NCBI GenBank assembly: GCA_965219455.1
Contig: OZ244744.1
Span: 928,001 to 992,000 of the forward strand
Length of the DNA stretch: 64,000 nucleotides
Reading direction: 5' to 3'
Source of the DNA: Candidatus Latescibacterota bacterium
GTDB taxonomy: Bacteria; Latescibacterota; UBA2968; GCA-2709665
In this document: piece after piece, positions 41,684-51,741 of the stretch
How the letters are laid out: every line of letters begins with the position of its first letter
Position numbering within the stretch: the first letter of the stretch is position 1
Program-made: the position numbers and the translations under genes
Notes under the pieces: model-generated
The model's input: only the letters and a program-made list of their open reading frames with translations
What the model was told of the DNA's origin: nothing
Database searches by the model: none

Positions 41684-41777
41684 TGCCACTGAGGCGATTC
41701 GCGGAAAAGCAGCCCCGCGGCGTCTGAGCGGCGCGGTTCTTTTTGGTCCTTTTTCTTACGCGAATAAGAAAAAGGAC
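41684..41777. repeat. hairpin repeat family 3, copy 2 (inverted)
   Basis: Reverse complement matches 34037-34128 with compensatory stem changes. Confidence 0.75.
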
Positions 41778-41996
41778 GTAAAAATATAAAAAACAAGTAG
41801 AAGTGAGGAAAATAACCTGACAGTCCCGGAGAATGACCCATCATTCACCTTTCCCAAGTTTCGCCATGCCTCCGGCGGATCACGCAAAAAAAGTATCATC
41901 CTATGTGCCCTTACATCTGATTGTACCCAGTGTTGATATCTTGTATAAGAAGTTGTATATTAATACAATAATTGGACACCTTTTCAGGAGGCGAAT

Positions 41997-42311
41997 ATGG
42001 CAAATGACAGGACGTTGCACATCAAGATCGACAGCGAGACGGACCTGAAGCTGAGAAGACTGTCGGACATCCGTCGAAAAAGCAAGGGACAGCTCGTGCG
42101 GGAAGCAATTTCCGCCTGTTACCAGGTTGAATTCGCCGAGTTGCCGCTTCGCCAGAGCCAGGCGCTTGCCGCCTACCAGGGTGGGTTTATCAGCCTTGGA
42201 AAGCTGGCCAGGGAGATGGGAATGCACGTCTTGCATCTGAGGTCGTGGCTCGTAGAGCAGGGCATCCCCCAGCGCAACGTGTACGGCGACGAGGATGCCG
42301 CGCGTGCCTGA
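41997..42311 (+). CDS. RHH + UPF0175-like antitoxin
   Basis: N-terminal RTLHIKID....KLRRLS....SKGQLVREAI (RHH); C-terminal AYQGGFISLGKLAREMGM; AGGAGG RBS. Confidence 0.75.
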   Translation: MANDRTLHIKIDSETDLKLRRLSDIRRKSKGQLVREAISACYQVEFAELPLRQSQALAAYQGGFISLGKLAREMGMHVLHLRSWLVEQGIPQRNVYGDEDAARA

Positions 42312-42945
42312 ACCTGACCGACAATACTATTTCGATACGGTTACCCTGAGCAATTTCGTCCTTTCCGGCCGCCTGAACCTGCTCATTGCCCGTTACGGTC
42401 GACGGGCATATATCACGCCGCAGGTGCTGGACGAGGTCGCCGATGGCATTGTCGCCGGCTACGCCGGCTTGCGTGAGGTCGAAACCGCTGTCACGTGCGG
42501 GAGATTAAGCGGTGTCGAACGCTTCTCTCCGGAAGAGCGCGATACCTACCGGGAACTCTTGCAGACCCTCTCCCCCGGCGAAGCCTCGTGCATAACCCTC
42601 GCGCAAACCCGCGGTGGTATCGTTGCCACGGACGACAGGGCCGCCAGGGGTTGTTGTTTCGATAGAGGTGTCGTTTTTACGGGAACTGTCGGAATCCTGA
42701 AGGCCTGTGTGCTGGATGGCACTTTGTCGCCACGGGAGGCGGACGACGTCCTGCGAGCGATGACGGCTGCCGGATATCACTCACCTGTCGGGCGCATCAG
42801 CGCACTCGTCCTGACTGCGAACCGAAGCCGCGGCGGACCGACGGTTAAGAACGGCGACGATCCCGGTAACCAGCAGGGCGGATCCCTGAATCCAGACCCG
42901 CATATTTCCGGAAGGCGTGAGAAAGAGGACGAGAGCCGCAACTAA
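42295..42945 (+). CDS. PIN-domain protein (DUF3368-like VapC toxin)
   Basis: YYFDTVTLSNF, LSPGEASCITLA, VATDDRAAR and TGTVGIL; the C-terminus overlaps the convergent TRAP gene. Confidence 0.82.
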   Translation: MPRVPEPDRQYYFDTVTLSNFVLSGRLNLLIARYGRRAYITPQVLDEVADGIVAGYAGLREVETAVTCGRLSGVERFSPEERDTYRELLQTLSPGEASCITLAQTRGGIVATDDRAARGCCFDRGVVFTGTVGILKACVLDGTLSPREADDVLRAMTAAGYHSPVGRISALVLTANRSRGGPTVKNGDDPGNQQGGSLNPDPHISGRREKEDESRN

Positions 42946-44712
42946 CAGGGCAACCCGCTGCCACGCATTGAGCGGAGCGAAGCCATGGCCGGCGATGGAG
43001 GCCGCCAGGGGAAAAATCCCCAGAAAGACAACGAGAACATTGATCAACGTGGACGACAGATCGGGCGAAACCAGAAGCAACTCGGGATGCAGAACAAAAG
43101 CATAGGGAAGGGCAAAGCCCACAAGGGCGAAACGAAATGCCGCGACGCCCGTACGCATGATATCCGCCTTTGCAATTGCGGCGGCCGTGTAGGCGGCCAG
43201 CGCCACGGGAGGCGTCACCATCGACATCATTCCGAAATAGAAGATGAACATATGCGCCGCCAGGGGCGTAACGCCCAACTCGCCCAGAACCGGGCCGACA
43301 AGGGTGGCCATCAGGAGATAGCATACCGCCGAAGGCAGGCCCATCCCAAGGGTGATGGTGGAGACCATCAGCAGAACCAGCGCCAGGACCAGATTGTTCT
43401 GCGACAGGGATAAAATGGCGCCCGGAAGCTTCGTGCCGATACCGGTAAGCGTCACCACCCCGATAATAATTCCCACACAGGAAGCGGCCGCGATCAGGGA
43501 CACACCGCCGTGAGCCGCGCTTTCCACGGCATCCAACAGCGCGCGAGGCCCCACGCGAGTCGTCCGGTACAACGCGGCCGCCAGGAGCATGCAGACCAGA
43601 GCGACGCTGACCGCCCGAAACGGCGTATAACCGATAACGATCAGCAGGATCAGGCTCACAAGAGCCGCCAGGAAGACAAGGCCCTGAGCGCCCGGCGGAC
43701 GACTCGCGGGTGCATCATCCCCAGCGGCCACCCGGATGCGCTTTGCGTAGAAGTGGACGATCAGCAGAAGCGCGGTATAGTAAAAAATGGCCGGGATGAG
43801 CGCCGCTCTGATAATCTCCAGATAGGAAACCGCCGGCTCCACCATCTCCAGCATCATATAAGCGCCGGCGCCCATTATCGGAGGCACCAGCGCCCCGCCC
43901 GAACTGGCCGCCGCCTCAATCCCCCCTGCAACCACAGGCCGGAATCCGGCCGAACGCATCATCGGGATCGTAAACGTACCCGTCGTGGCCGTGTTCGCGA
44001 CCGCACTTCCGGAAAGCGAACCCATCATCCCTGAAGAAACAACGGCAACCTTCGCGGATCCGCCCGTGCGCTGTCGAAAAAACCGGCGCGCGGCATCCAG
44101 CACGTACGCGGTCGCGCCGGTCTTATCCAGCGTCGCGCCGAACAGAACGAAGAGAAACACGTATGTGAACATCACTTTCAACGCGATGCCGAATATGCCC
44201 TGTGAATGCAGAAAGGTCTGAGAGACGATACGCTCCCAGCCATATCCCCTGTGAGGGAAAAGCCAGTCCGGCATCGCGTGGCCGAAGGCGGCGTAGGCGA
44301 GGAACGCCAGGGAGAGCAGCGGCAGGGTGACGCCGATCGCCCGGCGGGTCGCTTCGAGCACGAGAATGAGGCCGACCAGCCCGACTGTCCAATCCAGCGG
44401 ATGTTCCAGCCCCGCGCGGTTACCCAGGCTGCGGCCACCCAACCAATAGTTCCTGAAGACCGGTTCAGTCTGAACCAGCACATAGCCGAAACAAAAGAAA
44501 ACAGCCGCAACGAGGAAAAAATACAGAGTCCCTGGAGATTTCCCACCCGCGGCGCCAGGACGCACCGGGTGCTTGAGAAAAACAAGACTCAAGCCCAACA
44601 TGGAAAAAACCGCCAGTTGGGCTTGAGGCGTCAATCCTGGATAGTTGACCTCAGCCAGGACAAAAAGACTCAGCAGGGTCGCCAGGATACGAAAAAGCCA
44701 TGACTCGAGCAT
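42781..44712 (-). CDS. TRAP transporter fused permease (4TM/12TM, TAXI type)
   Basis: LEATRRAIG, GGSAKVAVVSS..GSLSGSAVAN, EAAASSGG..VPPIMGAGAY, LGMGLP and TPPVALAAY. Confidence 0.95.
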   Translation of the reverse strand: MLESWLFRILATLLSLFVLAEVNYPGLTPQAQLAVFSMLGLSLVFLKHPVRPGAAGGKSPGTLYFFLVAAVFFCFGYVLVQTEPVFRNYWLGGRSLGNRAGLEHPLDWTVGLVGLILVLEATRRAIGVTLPLLSLAFLAYAAFGHAMPDWLFPHRGYGWERIVSQTFLHSQGIFGIALKVMFTYVFLFVLFGATLDKTGATAYVLDAARRFFRQRTGGSAKVAVVSSGMMGSLSGSAVANTATTGTFTIPMMRSAGFRPVVAGGIEAAASSGGALVPPIMGAGAYMMLEMVEPAVSYLEIIRAALIPAIFYYTALLLIVHFYAKRIRVAAGDDAPASRPPGAQGLVFLAALVSLILLIVIGYTPFRAVSVALVCMLLAAALYRTTRVGPRALLDAVESAAHGGVSLIAAASCVGIIIGVVTLTGIGTKLPGAILSLSQNNLVLALVLLMVSTITLGMGLPSAVCYLLMATLVGPVLGELGVTPLAAHMFIFYFGMMSMVTPPVALAAYTAAAIAKADIMRTGVAAFRFALVGFALPYAFVLHPELLLVSPDLSSTLINVLVVFLGIFPLAASIAGHGFAPLNAWQRVALLVAALVLFLTPSGNMRVWIQGSALLVTGIVAVLNRRSAAASVRSQDECADAPDR

Positions 44713-44713
44713 A

Positions 44714-45712
44714 TCAGTTGGGCCAGATCCCGATTTCCCTGTAATACCTGATCGCACCGGGATGGAAGGGTGTGCCCGTATCCCGAATCACATTCCCCGG
44801 ATGGATGGCTTTGCCTGCCGGATGCTTCCTGACCACGTCCGCACGGTTCTCGTAAAGGATCCTGGTAAACCGGTAGACGGTCTCTTCGTCCAGGCTGGCA
44901 CGCGTCACCAGGTGCATCGAACCGACGTTCATACCTTCGAAGGGTTCGGTCTGACCACGATAGGTGTCCGCCGGAATATTCGCCGCGTTGAAGAAAGGAT
45001 AGGCCTGAAACAGGCGCTCTTTCTCAGAGGCTCCGAAGGGGATGAAACGGACGTCCTGAGAAGCGCTCGCCTGGGTTATGGACGCCGTGGGCACGGCGCC
45101 GCCCAGAAAGGCGGCGGCGGCAGATCCGTCCGCAAGCATGTCCACGGCCCCCGCCTGTGTATTGTGCAGCGGGCTGAAATCGTCATAGGTGACTCCGTGG
45201 GCCTCCAGGATAGGCGCAAGAAAGTACTCGAATCCGGCGCCGGCCGGACCAACGACAACCCGTTTGCCCTTGAGACCGCGGATGGCGCGGATCCCCGTTC
45301 CTTCCGGCGTCACGAAAAGGGCGACGTTCGGCGCAAGCGTCATGACGGCGTTGATCCCCTGCTCCTCACCCCAGGCTCCCGCGCCTCGTACCGCAAAATA
45401 TGAAATCGCGGCATTGGCCAGCGCGAAATCCAGTTCCCCGCGGACGAGCCGGCGGATATTTTCCTGCGTTCCCTTGGTCGCCTCCGCGGTCACGTCCCAG
45501 GACAGGTCGCCCCCGTGGTCGTCCGCGACCTGAGCGATCGCCCCGCCGACCACAAAAAAAGCGCCCCCGGGCGGAGCCGTACCCACGCTGAGGAACCGGC
45601 GCACGGGGTCGGAGGTTTTCCCGTCTTTGTCCGGGGCCTCACATCCGAACGCGCCCAGCAGGATAACGATGGTGGCGCCAACGACCCGTTTCATGCCCGC
45701 TAGCCGGTTCAT
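44714..45712 (-). CDS. TAXI-family TRAP solute-binding lipoprotein
   Basis: Lipobox-like LGAFGC, SVGTAPPGGAFF, ATKGTQENI and PFHPGAIRYY. Confidence 0.93.
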   Translation of the reverse strand: MNRLAGMKRVVGATIVILLGAFGCEAPDKDGKTSDPVRRFLSVGTAPPGGAFFVVGGAIAQVADDHGGDLSWDVTAEATKGTQENIRRLVRGELDFALANAAISYFAVRGAGAWGEEQGINAVMTLAPNVALFVTPEGTGIRAIRGLKGKRVVVGPAGAGFEYFLAPILEAHGVTYDDFSPLHNTQAGAVDMLADGSAAAAFLGGAVPTASITQASASQDVRFIPFGASEKERLFQAYPFFNAANIPADTYRGQTEPFEGMNVGSMHLVTRASLDEETVYRFTRILYENRADVVRKHPAGKAIHPGNVIRDTGTPFHPGAIRYYREIGIWPN

Positions 45713-45749
45713 CGAAACTCCTCTCTCCGTTTGGTTCCGGGTTCCTGTT

Positions 45750-47051
45750 CTATCGATCCGTACGGTCTTCCGCAATACAATAGAGGTGGCTGCGTCCTCT
45801 CAGATAGATCGCGTCGTCCACGACGACAGGGGAAGCCGCCATCCCTTCGTCCAGGGTGTTGATCGCCAGCGTCTCGAATTCCGGACTGTTCCTCACCACC
45901 AGCGTCTTGCCGTCCAGGTCGGCGATATAGATTCGATGTTTCACGCCGATCGGCGACGCGTAGATGTTGCCTATCCCTTCGAGGCGCTTTGGACCGAAAA
46001 ACGCTTCGCCCGTTTTGGCGTTGTAACACGACAAAATCGCTCGTCGATTCTTAAGAAAATAAAGCTTGTCTCCATACAACAACGGTGACGACACGTAGGG
46101 CGTATCCCGATGAATCGTCCAGAGCACCGAATCCGACGCCGAAATATCCCCCTTCGCGCGATCCAGCGATATGGCCTGCATCGCCGGGCTCCCGTGACCG
46201 CTGGTCACATAGACCACGCCATCTGCGTGCACCGGGGTCGGAATCACATTCGTCCCCAACCCGCCACATTCCCAGATCAGCGCCCCGGTCTCCAGGTCGT
46301 AGCTCCGGGTGCGCCTCGACGCGCTCACGATGACCTGTCGTTTGCCGTCGTGTTCCACCGGCAGCGGCGACGACCAGGACGTGACCTCGTCGCGCTCGTT
46401 CCGCCAGAGTTCCCTGCCCGTTTTCTTGTCCAGGGCCACGATGAACGAATCCCCTTCGTGATCCCAGTTGATCACCAGGGTATTGTCGTAGATCGCCGGC
46501 GAAGCGCCCTCGCCAAAGGCGCTCCGGCTCCAGTACTTGCCCAGGTCTTTCTCCCATTTCAAATTGCCGTTCATATCCAGACAGTACAGGCCCTGTGAAC
46601 CAAAATAGGCGTATAGATGTTCGCCATCGGTGATGCCGGAACACGAAGCGAACGAAGCCGTCCGGTGCATTCCTTCGTGGGGGTGCGCTTCACGGACCGT
46701 CTTTTCCCACACCGGTTTTCCACTCCGGCGGTCCAGCGCCAGCACCTTGTACTGAAACAGATTCGTTGGCGCCGCGCGCCCGCCGCCGCCGCCGCTCCCC
46801 GCGACTTTGTCCGTCGGCACGGCAGTCTGCACAAAAATCCGATCCCCCCAGACAATCGGGGTCGCGTGACCCAGACCGGGGATTGGCACTTTCCATCTTA
46901 TGTTCTTTTCCTCGCTCCACTCCAGGGGCGGATTTCCGCCATCGACCAGCCCATTCCCGTTCGGACCACGCCAATGCGGCCAATTTGACGCCGCCTGTTC
47001 GGTAACGAACAAAAGAAACAACACGGCTGACGCCCGGAATATCGTCTTCAT
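45750..47051 (-). CDS. secreted PQQ-like/BamB-like beta-propeller protein
   Basis: Signal peptide, NWPHWRGPNGNG, repeated ALD..TG..LW and SP motifs. Confidence 0.9.
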   Translation of the reverse strand: MKTIFRASAVLFLLFVTEQAASNWPHWRGPNGNGLVDGGNPPLEWSEEKNIRWKVPIPGLGHATPIVWGDRIFVQTAVPTDKVAGSGGGGGRAAPTNLFQYKVLALDRRSGKPVWEKTVREAHPHEGMHRTASFASCSGITDGEHLYAYFGSQGLYCLDMNGNLKWEKDLGKYWSRSAFGEGASPAIYDNTLVINWDHEGDSFIVALDKKTGRELWRNERDEVTSWSSPLPVEHDGKRQVIVSASRRTRSYDLETGALIWECGGLGTNVIPTPVHADGVVYVTSGHGSPAMQAISLDRAKGDISASDSVLWTIHRDTPYVSSPLLYGDKLYFLKNRRAILSCYNAKTGEAFFGPKRLEGIGNIYASPIGVKHRIYIADLDGKTLVVRNSPEFETLAINTLDEGMAASPVVVDDAIYLRGRSHLYCIAEDRTDR

Positions 47052-47167
47052 TCTGTGCTCCTTTCACCAGGAGTTGACGGCGTTGGCTGGATCACCGAAT
47101 CTTCGATCAAATATACGCCGCAACCGTCCGCAATCGAAATCCAATTCTCATCGAGCCTTTGCGGAAT

Positions 47168-50100
47168 TCAGGCGCCTTCCCGCTTCAAAGCGGGCAACAG
47201 CGGCGTCCTGAGCGCAACAAATATACCCACGGCGCCGGCAGCCAGGCCCGCACCGAAAATTGTGCAGAGGGTCGCCAGCAGAGAACCCCATGGCAGTTCG
47301 CCGACCGTTGAATGGGGCACGGTGGTAACAACCGCGGACACGCCGCCGATGACCATGCCCGCCGACATCAGAAATCCGTTCTCCGTAAAGAGGAGCCCGG
47401 AAAGCAATGACCTGCGAAACCCCATTGTCCGCAGCGCCGCGAGTTCAGCCCGGCGTTCCACGACGTTTCGCACCATCACGATCCCCAGACCGAACGTGCC
47501 CAGGAGCACTCCCAGCCCGCCAAGCGTCTGAAACGTGGACAGGTACGTATTCTCCACCGTCCGGAAACGGGCGAGCCTGGCCGACGTCGGCATCGCGTCG
47601 AGACCGGCGTCCTGCAGCCTCCGCTCCAGCAGGGGCCCCAGTTCCCGGGGCCGGTCGGTCTCTACCAGGAAATAGCCATACCCGCTCCGATCGGGGAAAT
47701 GTGCGGTAAAATTTCGCTCCGATACCAGCAATTCACTCTGAAAAATACTATTCTTCAGCAGTCCCACGAGCCGCAGCCTCACGATCTCACCCGTATCCGT
47801 TCGCATCGGGATTTCGTCGCCAAGTTTTTTGTGCAGGATCCAGGTCACTGAGTTTTCGTCTCCGAATGCGGGAATCACGTCCGACTCCAGGCGCCGCGTC
47901 AATAAAGTCCACGGATCTTCCACTTCATCCAGCAACCGTTCAAACAGGAATCCGCCCCGTTGAATCATTGCTTCCGGCACACCCAGAACCCGGGGATCGC
48001 GGGGCCGGTAAAGATTCAGACAACTCATGTCTTCTCCCGGCAATACACGGAAAGGCATCACCCTCGCCCGGTCCAGAATATCCGCATCCTCCCCGGAAAA
48101 CCCAAGCTCAAACCGGCCGTCTTCCGTATTGAGATCGTGATAGAGCGGCGCATCCGTCTCGGCAACAAGCTGAAACCCTCCTCCTCCCGACGTCCGGCTG
48201 CTCAACGCATCCTCTGAGAGATCGGTGCGGCGATGGGCGCCAACCGCCACAACCACAAAGCAGGCGCACGCGATCAATGATGCGCACAGCAGACTCCGCC
48301 CCGGATTTCGTGCGCTATTCCGCACGCCCATTCTCCAGATTCCCCTTGCCGTCGCGTGTCGCCTGCCGCGAAACCACGTGGAAAGCAGGCCCAGACCCGA
48401 AATCAGCAGAAACGCACCGCTTCCGAAAAACAGCGCCATCGACGCCTCGCGGCCCCCGCTGGCCGCGCCGGCGAGGCAGGCAGCGGCCAATCCCAGGCTT
48501 CCGAGGGCATATGCCCGTACCCGTCGCCCACCATCGGCGGACGCCACGTAAACGGTCCCCGACAGGAGCGCGCGTACGGGCAAGCGTCCCAATCGGCGGA
48601 CCGTCATTCGTATAGATAACAGAACCACAAGCTGTGAAACCACATAACCCGCCGCCAGACTGAACCCGCTCACATGCAAGGCGAGTTCCGTGGTTCCAAC
48701 AGCCGGGACCCACCAGGTGCGCAACCCGGCGATCATGATCCAACCGTACGCCAATCCTCCAGCAAGCCCCCCCAGGCCCCCAAGACCGGCCAGCCAGATC
48801 GCCTCACCCATAAAACGCCTTCTGATCGCCCCTGCGGTGAAACCCGACGCCATCAACACACCCACCTCGTCGGACCGCTGTTCCACGCCCAGCCGGAAGA
48901 GCAGACCCACAAGCAACGCCGCCGAAACAATCAGAAAAAGACTGAATCCACTGAACAGCCATCTGAAATCCGTCGAGCCCGAAGCAGCGGCCAGCCCATG
49001 TTCCCTCACCGGCTGAAATACCAGCCCCGCTGCTTCGGGCGAGAGCGCTTTGCGAAGCCCGGCCCGAAATCGTTCGGCGGAACGACGGATATCTTCTCCG
49101 GGCAGGGGGCCAATCCGGATGGACGTGAGATTACCGAATCGGCTCCGCCACAGACGTTGACCCGTCGCAGCCGACACGATGGCTTTGGGCGCGGCGCGGT
49201 AGGCGTCCCAATAGGCTTCGTCTACGGGCCGTATTCGCTTCAGATCCACCGGGAAGGGCGGGGCCCAGGCATGCATATCCTCCGCGTCGTGCAGGCCCGG
49301 AAATTCGGGAGTCAACAGGGAATCGGCGCCCAATCCTTCCATGGCAACGACGCCGGCAAGCCTGAATGTGACGCGCCGCGTTTTCAACGCTTCCTTCGGC
49401 CCGACTTCAAAATAAACCACGTCCACGGCGTCGCCGGTAACGGCGTGCAGGTCCTTCGCCGCCCAGGTATTCAGCAATACTTCCCCCTCGCCGGGAACCG
49501 GCGCTCCGCTCCCGTTTGCCAGTCGCAAATTCCCGACACGCCCCGCGTCCATCGCGGCAACTGTCGAATAGGGCAATGCGCGCTCCCCTACCTGGATCGT
49601 ATTGGCCAGATAGGTCAGTATCGCCAGTCTCGGCATCCTCCAACCGTCCGCCAGGCCCAGGATCGTATCCGCCAGGTGGGGTTTCAGGAAAAACTGTGTG
49701 CTTTCAACGGCGAAATAATCGGCTTCCACCCGCATCGAAAGCCCCAGATCATCCAACGTTGCGGCCCGGGAGAGCCCCGCCCCCGGACCGCCGGCATCCT
49801 GCGTCCCCTTGGAAGCCAGGAGCGTATTCACACGGGACGGCAACCCCAGCGTTTCCTGCAGTACGGGCAGCGACACAAACGCATTGAGCGGCACATCCTG
49901 TCGTGCGCGCAAACCGAAACGACCCATTCCCCGGTCGGGCAACACACCCGTGAGTCGCACACGTACGGTCTGTATCGATTCTGAAACCTCGTCCCGCCCG
50001 AACAGCGATTCCCGGTGGACGTCACCGGGCAGCTCAAATGAAAGCAGGATCGCATCGCCCACGCGCGCGTTCAGTTCTCTCCTCAGGGACTCATTGGCGA

Positions 50101-50488
50101 CAAATGGCGTCGCGGTCGCGCGACGGGCGAGGTCGGGCATTTCCATTTCGAACCAATTTTCGAATCGGGAATCGACACCCAGAATCCTCACGCGCGAGGC
50201 CCGGGCCCCCCCGTTCGCATGCACCGCCGATCCCGTGAGGGTCACCGCCGGCACAACGGTGAATTCGTTCCCCGCCGCCTCAATATCCCGTGCAAGACCC
50301 GCACGAAAGAAGCGTTCCGAAACGAGCGCATGGTCGATTTCGCCCAGCCGGTCCAGGGTCAGGTCCCGCAGGCTGTCGCGAACCGAATCGCCCACCAGCA
50401 GGGCCCCGGTCAGCACGGCGGTGGCCACGGCCACTCCGAGCATCACGGACAGATGAATTCGCCGGAAGAAGGTCAGACTTCGACGCAA
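47168..50488 (-). CDS. large FtsX/MacB-like ABC permease (1106 aa)
   Basis: GVAVATAVLTGALLVGDSVR, EQRSDEVGVLMASGF and VERRAELAALRTMGF; two TM blocks with large periplasmic domains. Confidence 0.9.
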   Translation of the reverse strand: MRRSLTFFRRIHLSVMLGVAVATAVLTGALLVGDSVRDSLRDLTLDRLGEIDHALVSERFFRAGLARDIEAAGNEFTVVPAVTLTGSAVHANGGARASRVRILGVDSRFENWFEMEMPDLARRATATPFVANESLRRELNARVGDAILLSFELPGDVHRESLFGRDEVSESIQTVRVRLTGVLPDRGMGRFGLRARQDVPLNAFVSLPVLQETLGLPSRVNTLLASKGTQDAGGPGAGLSRAATLDDLGLSMRVEADYFAVESTQFFLKPHLADTILGLADGWRMPRLAILTYLANTIQVGERALPYSTVAAMDAGRVGNLRLANGSGAPVPGEGEVLLNTWAAKDLHAVTGDAVDVVYFEVGPKEALKTRRVTFRLAGVVAMEGLGADSLLTPEFPGLHDAEDMHAWAPPFPVDLKRIRPVDEAYWDAYRAAPKAIVSAATGQRLWRSRFGNLTSIRIGPLPGEDIRRSAERFRAGLRKALSPEAAGLVFQPVREHGLAAASGSTDFRWLFSGFSLFLIVSAALLVGLLFRLGVEQRSDEVGVLMASGFTAGAIRRRFMGEAIWLAGLGGLGGLAGGLAYGWIMIAGLRTWWVPAVGTTELALHVSGFSLAAGYVVSQLVVLLSIRMTVRRLGRLPVRALLSGTVYVASADGGRRVRAYALGSLGLAAACLAGAASGGREASMALFFGSGAFLLISGLGLLSTWFRGRRHATARGIWRMGVRNSARNPGRSLLCASLIACACFVVVAVGAHRRTDLSEDALSSRTSGGGGFQLVAETDAPLYHDLNTEDGRFELGFSGEDADILDRARVMPFRVLPGEDMSCLNLYRPRDPRVLGVPEAMIQRGGFLFERLLDEVEDPWTLLTRRLESDVIPAFGDENSVTWILHKKLGDEIPMRTDTGEIVRLRLVGLLKNSIFQSELLVSERNFTAHFPDRSGYGYFLVETDRPRELGPLLERRLQDAGLDAMPTSARLARFRTVENTYLSTFQTLGGLGVLLGTFGLGIVMVRNVVERRAELAALRTMGFRRSLLSGLLFTENGFLMSAGMVIGGVSAVVTTVPHSTVGELPWGSLLATLCTIFGAGLAAGAVGIFVALRTPLLPALKREGA

Positions 50489-51132
50489 GTTCCCTCCCGC
50501 AATTCAAGCCGGCGCTCAAACCGTGCGGCCATCTCCAGACTGTGCGTGACCCCGATCAGGATCGTTTGCTCCTGAGTATGCAATTCGAAGAGCAGGTCGC
50601 CGACTTCATCGGCCCGCGCCCGATCCAGGCTGCCCGTCGGCTCGTCGCAAAGAAGCAGCGACGGCCGGTTGACCAGTGCTCTGGCTACCGCCACACGCTG
50701 GCGTTCGCCGCCCGACAGGGCTGCCGGTCGGTGATTGATCCGATGCGCAAGCCCGACACGTTCGATCAGGGCCCGCGCCCGATCGGGGGCATCTCTCCCA
50801 CCATCCCGGAACGCCAGCGTCGGAATCAGCACGTTCTCCATTACCGAATACTGGGGCAGCAGATGATGGTCCTGGAACACGAATCCGATCCCGCGATTCC
50901 GGAAGCGCGCCAGGTCCTTCTCCTCAAGGGTGTACGGGTCCCGGCCATCTATTTCCACGCGCCCCGACGACGGTTGGTCCAGCGTGCCAAGCACGTGCAG
51001 CAACGTACTCTTGCCCGATCCCGAGGGCCCGACAATTGCCGCGGACTGGCCCCGCGCCATCTCGAACGAGACGTCCCGGAGAACGGACACGTCCCCATAG
51101 TGTCTGGATACCCGCTCAGCCCTCAGCGTCAT
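50473..51132 (-). CDS. ABC transporter ATP-binding protein (LolD-like)
   Basis: GPSGSGKST, LSGGERQRVAVARAL, DEPTGSLD and VTH. Confidence 0.95.
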   Translation of the reverse strand: MTLRAERVSRHYGDVSVLRDVSFEMARGQSAAIVGPSGSGKSTLLHVLGTLDQPSSGRVEIDGRDPYTLEEKDLARFRNRGIGFVFQDHHLLPQYSVMENVLIPTLAFRDGGRDAPDRARALIERVGLAHRINHRPAALSGGERQRVAVARALVNRPSLLLCDEPTGSLDRARADEVGDLLFELHTQEQTILIGVTHSLEMAARFERRLELREGTCVEV

Positions 51133-51556
51133 CCTCACCCTCCTCCGATTCCTGGATCTGATCCGCGATAAAATCGGGAATCGGTATGGAACGGAACGGC
51201 TCCCCCGGGGGACACAGGCAGAACACCGTGCTCAATCGGCCGTGGGCAATCAGAACGCCGTCCCGGAGAAACTCGAATCCGTACGTGATCGAACTCGTCC
51301 CCTTTCTGATTACCGTCATCCTGATATCGAGCACGTCTTCGAATCGGGCGGGATTCACGTAATCGCACGACGCGCCCACCCGGGGCCACCCGACTTTCCG
51401 CCCTTGCAGGACGGCCGTCACGCTGGTACCGAGCGAACGCAGAAACGCGTGCTCGGCCGCCTCCATAAAAACAAAAAACCGGGAAAAATGCACAATCCCG
51501 GCCATATCCGTATCCGAAAACTCTATTCTGCGCGTGGTGTGGAAGTCACATGGCAT
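51116..51556 (-). CDS. acyl-CoA thioesterase (4HBT/YbgC hot-dog fold)
   Basis: RRIEFSDTDMAGIVHFSRFF.FME.AEH and PRV...CDY..PARFEDVL; start at ATG 51556 with a GAGGA RBS. Confidence 0.9.
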   Translation of the reverse strand: MPCDFHTTRRIEFSDTDMAGIVHFSRFFVFMEAAEHAFLRSLGTSVTAVLQGRKVGWPRVGASCDYVNPARFEDVLDIRMTVIRKGTSSITYGFEFLRDGVLIAHGRLSTVFCLCPPGEPFRSIPIPDFIADQIQESEEGEDDAEG

Positions 51557-51741
51557 ATCGTTTCCTCTCCGGGATTCTACCGCCCTGCCGGCGGGAAGTA
51601 GTCGGGCGAAGAGGTAACGCCCTTCGCGGTCGTCCACATATTGGAGCTCACGTCGCGCGATACGGTTTTCGCCTTTTGCTTTTGGCTGACAGCTGAAGGC
51701 TGATAGCTGATAGCTCCTCCGGCTACACGAACTGCCAGCCA

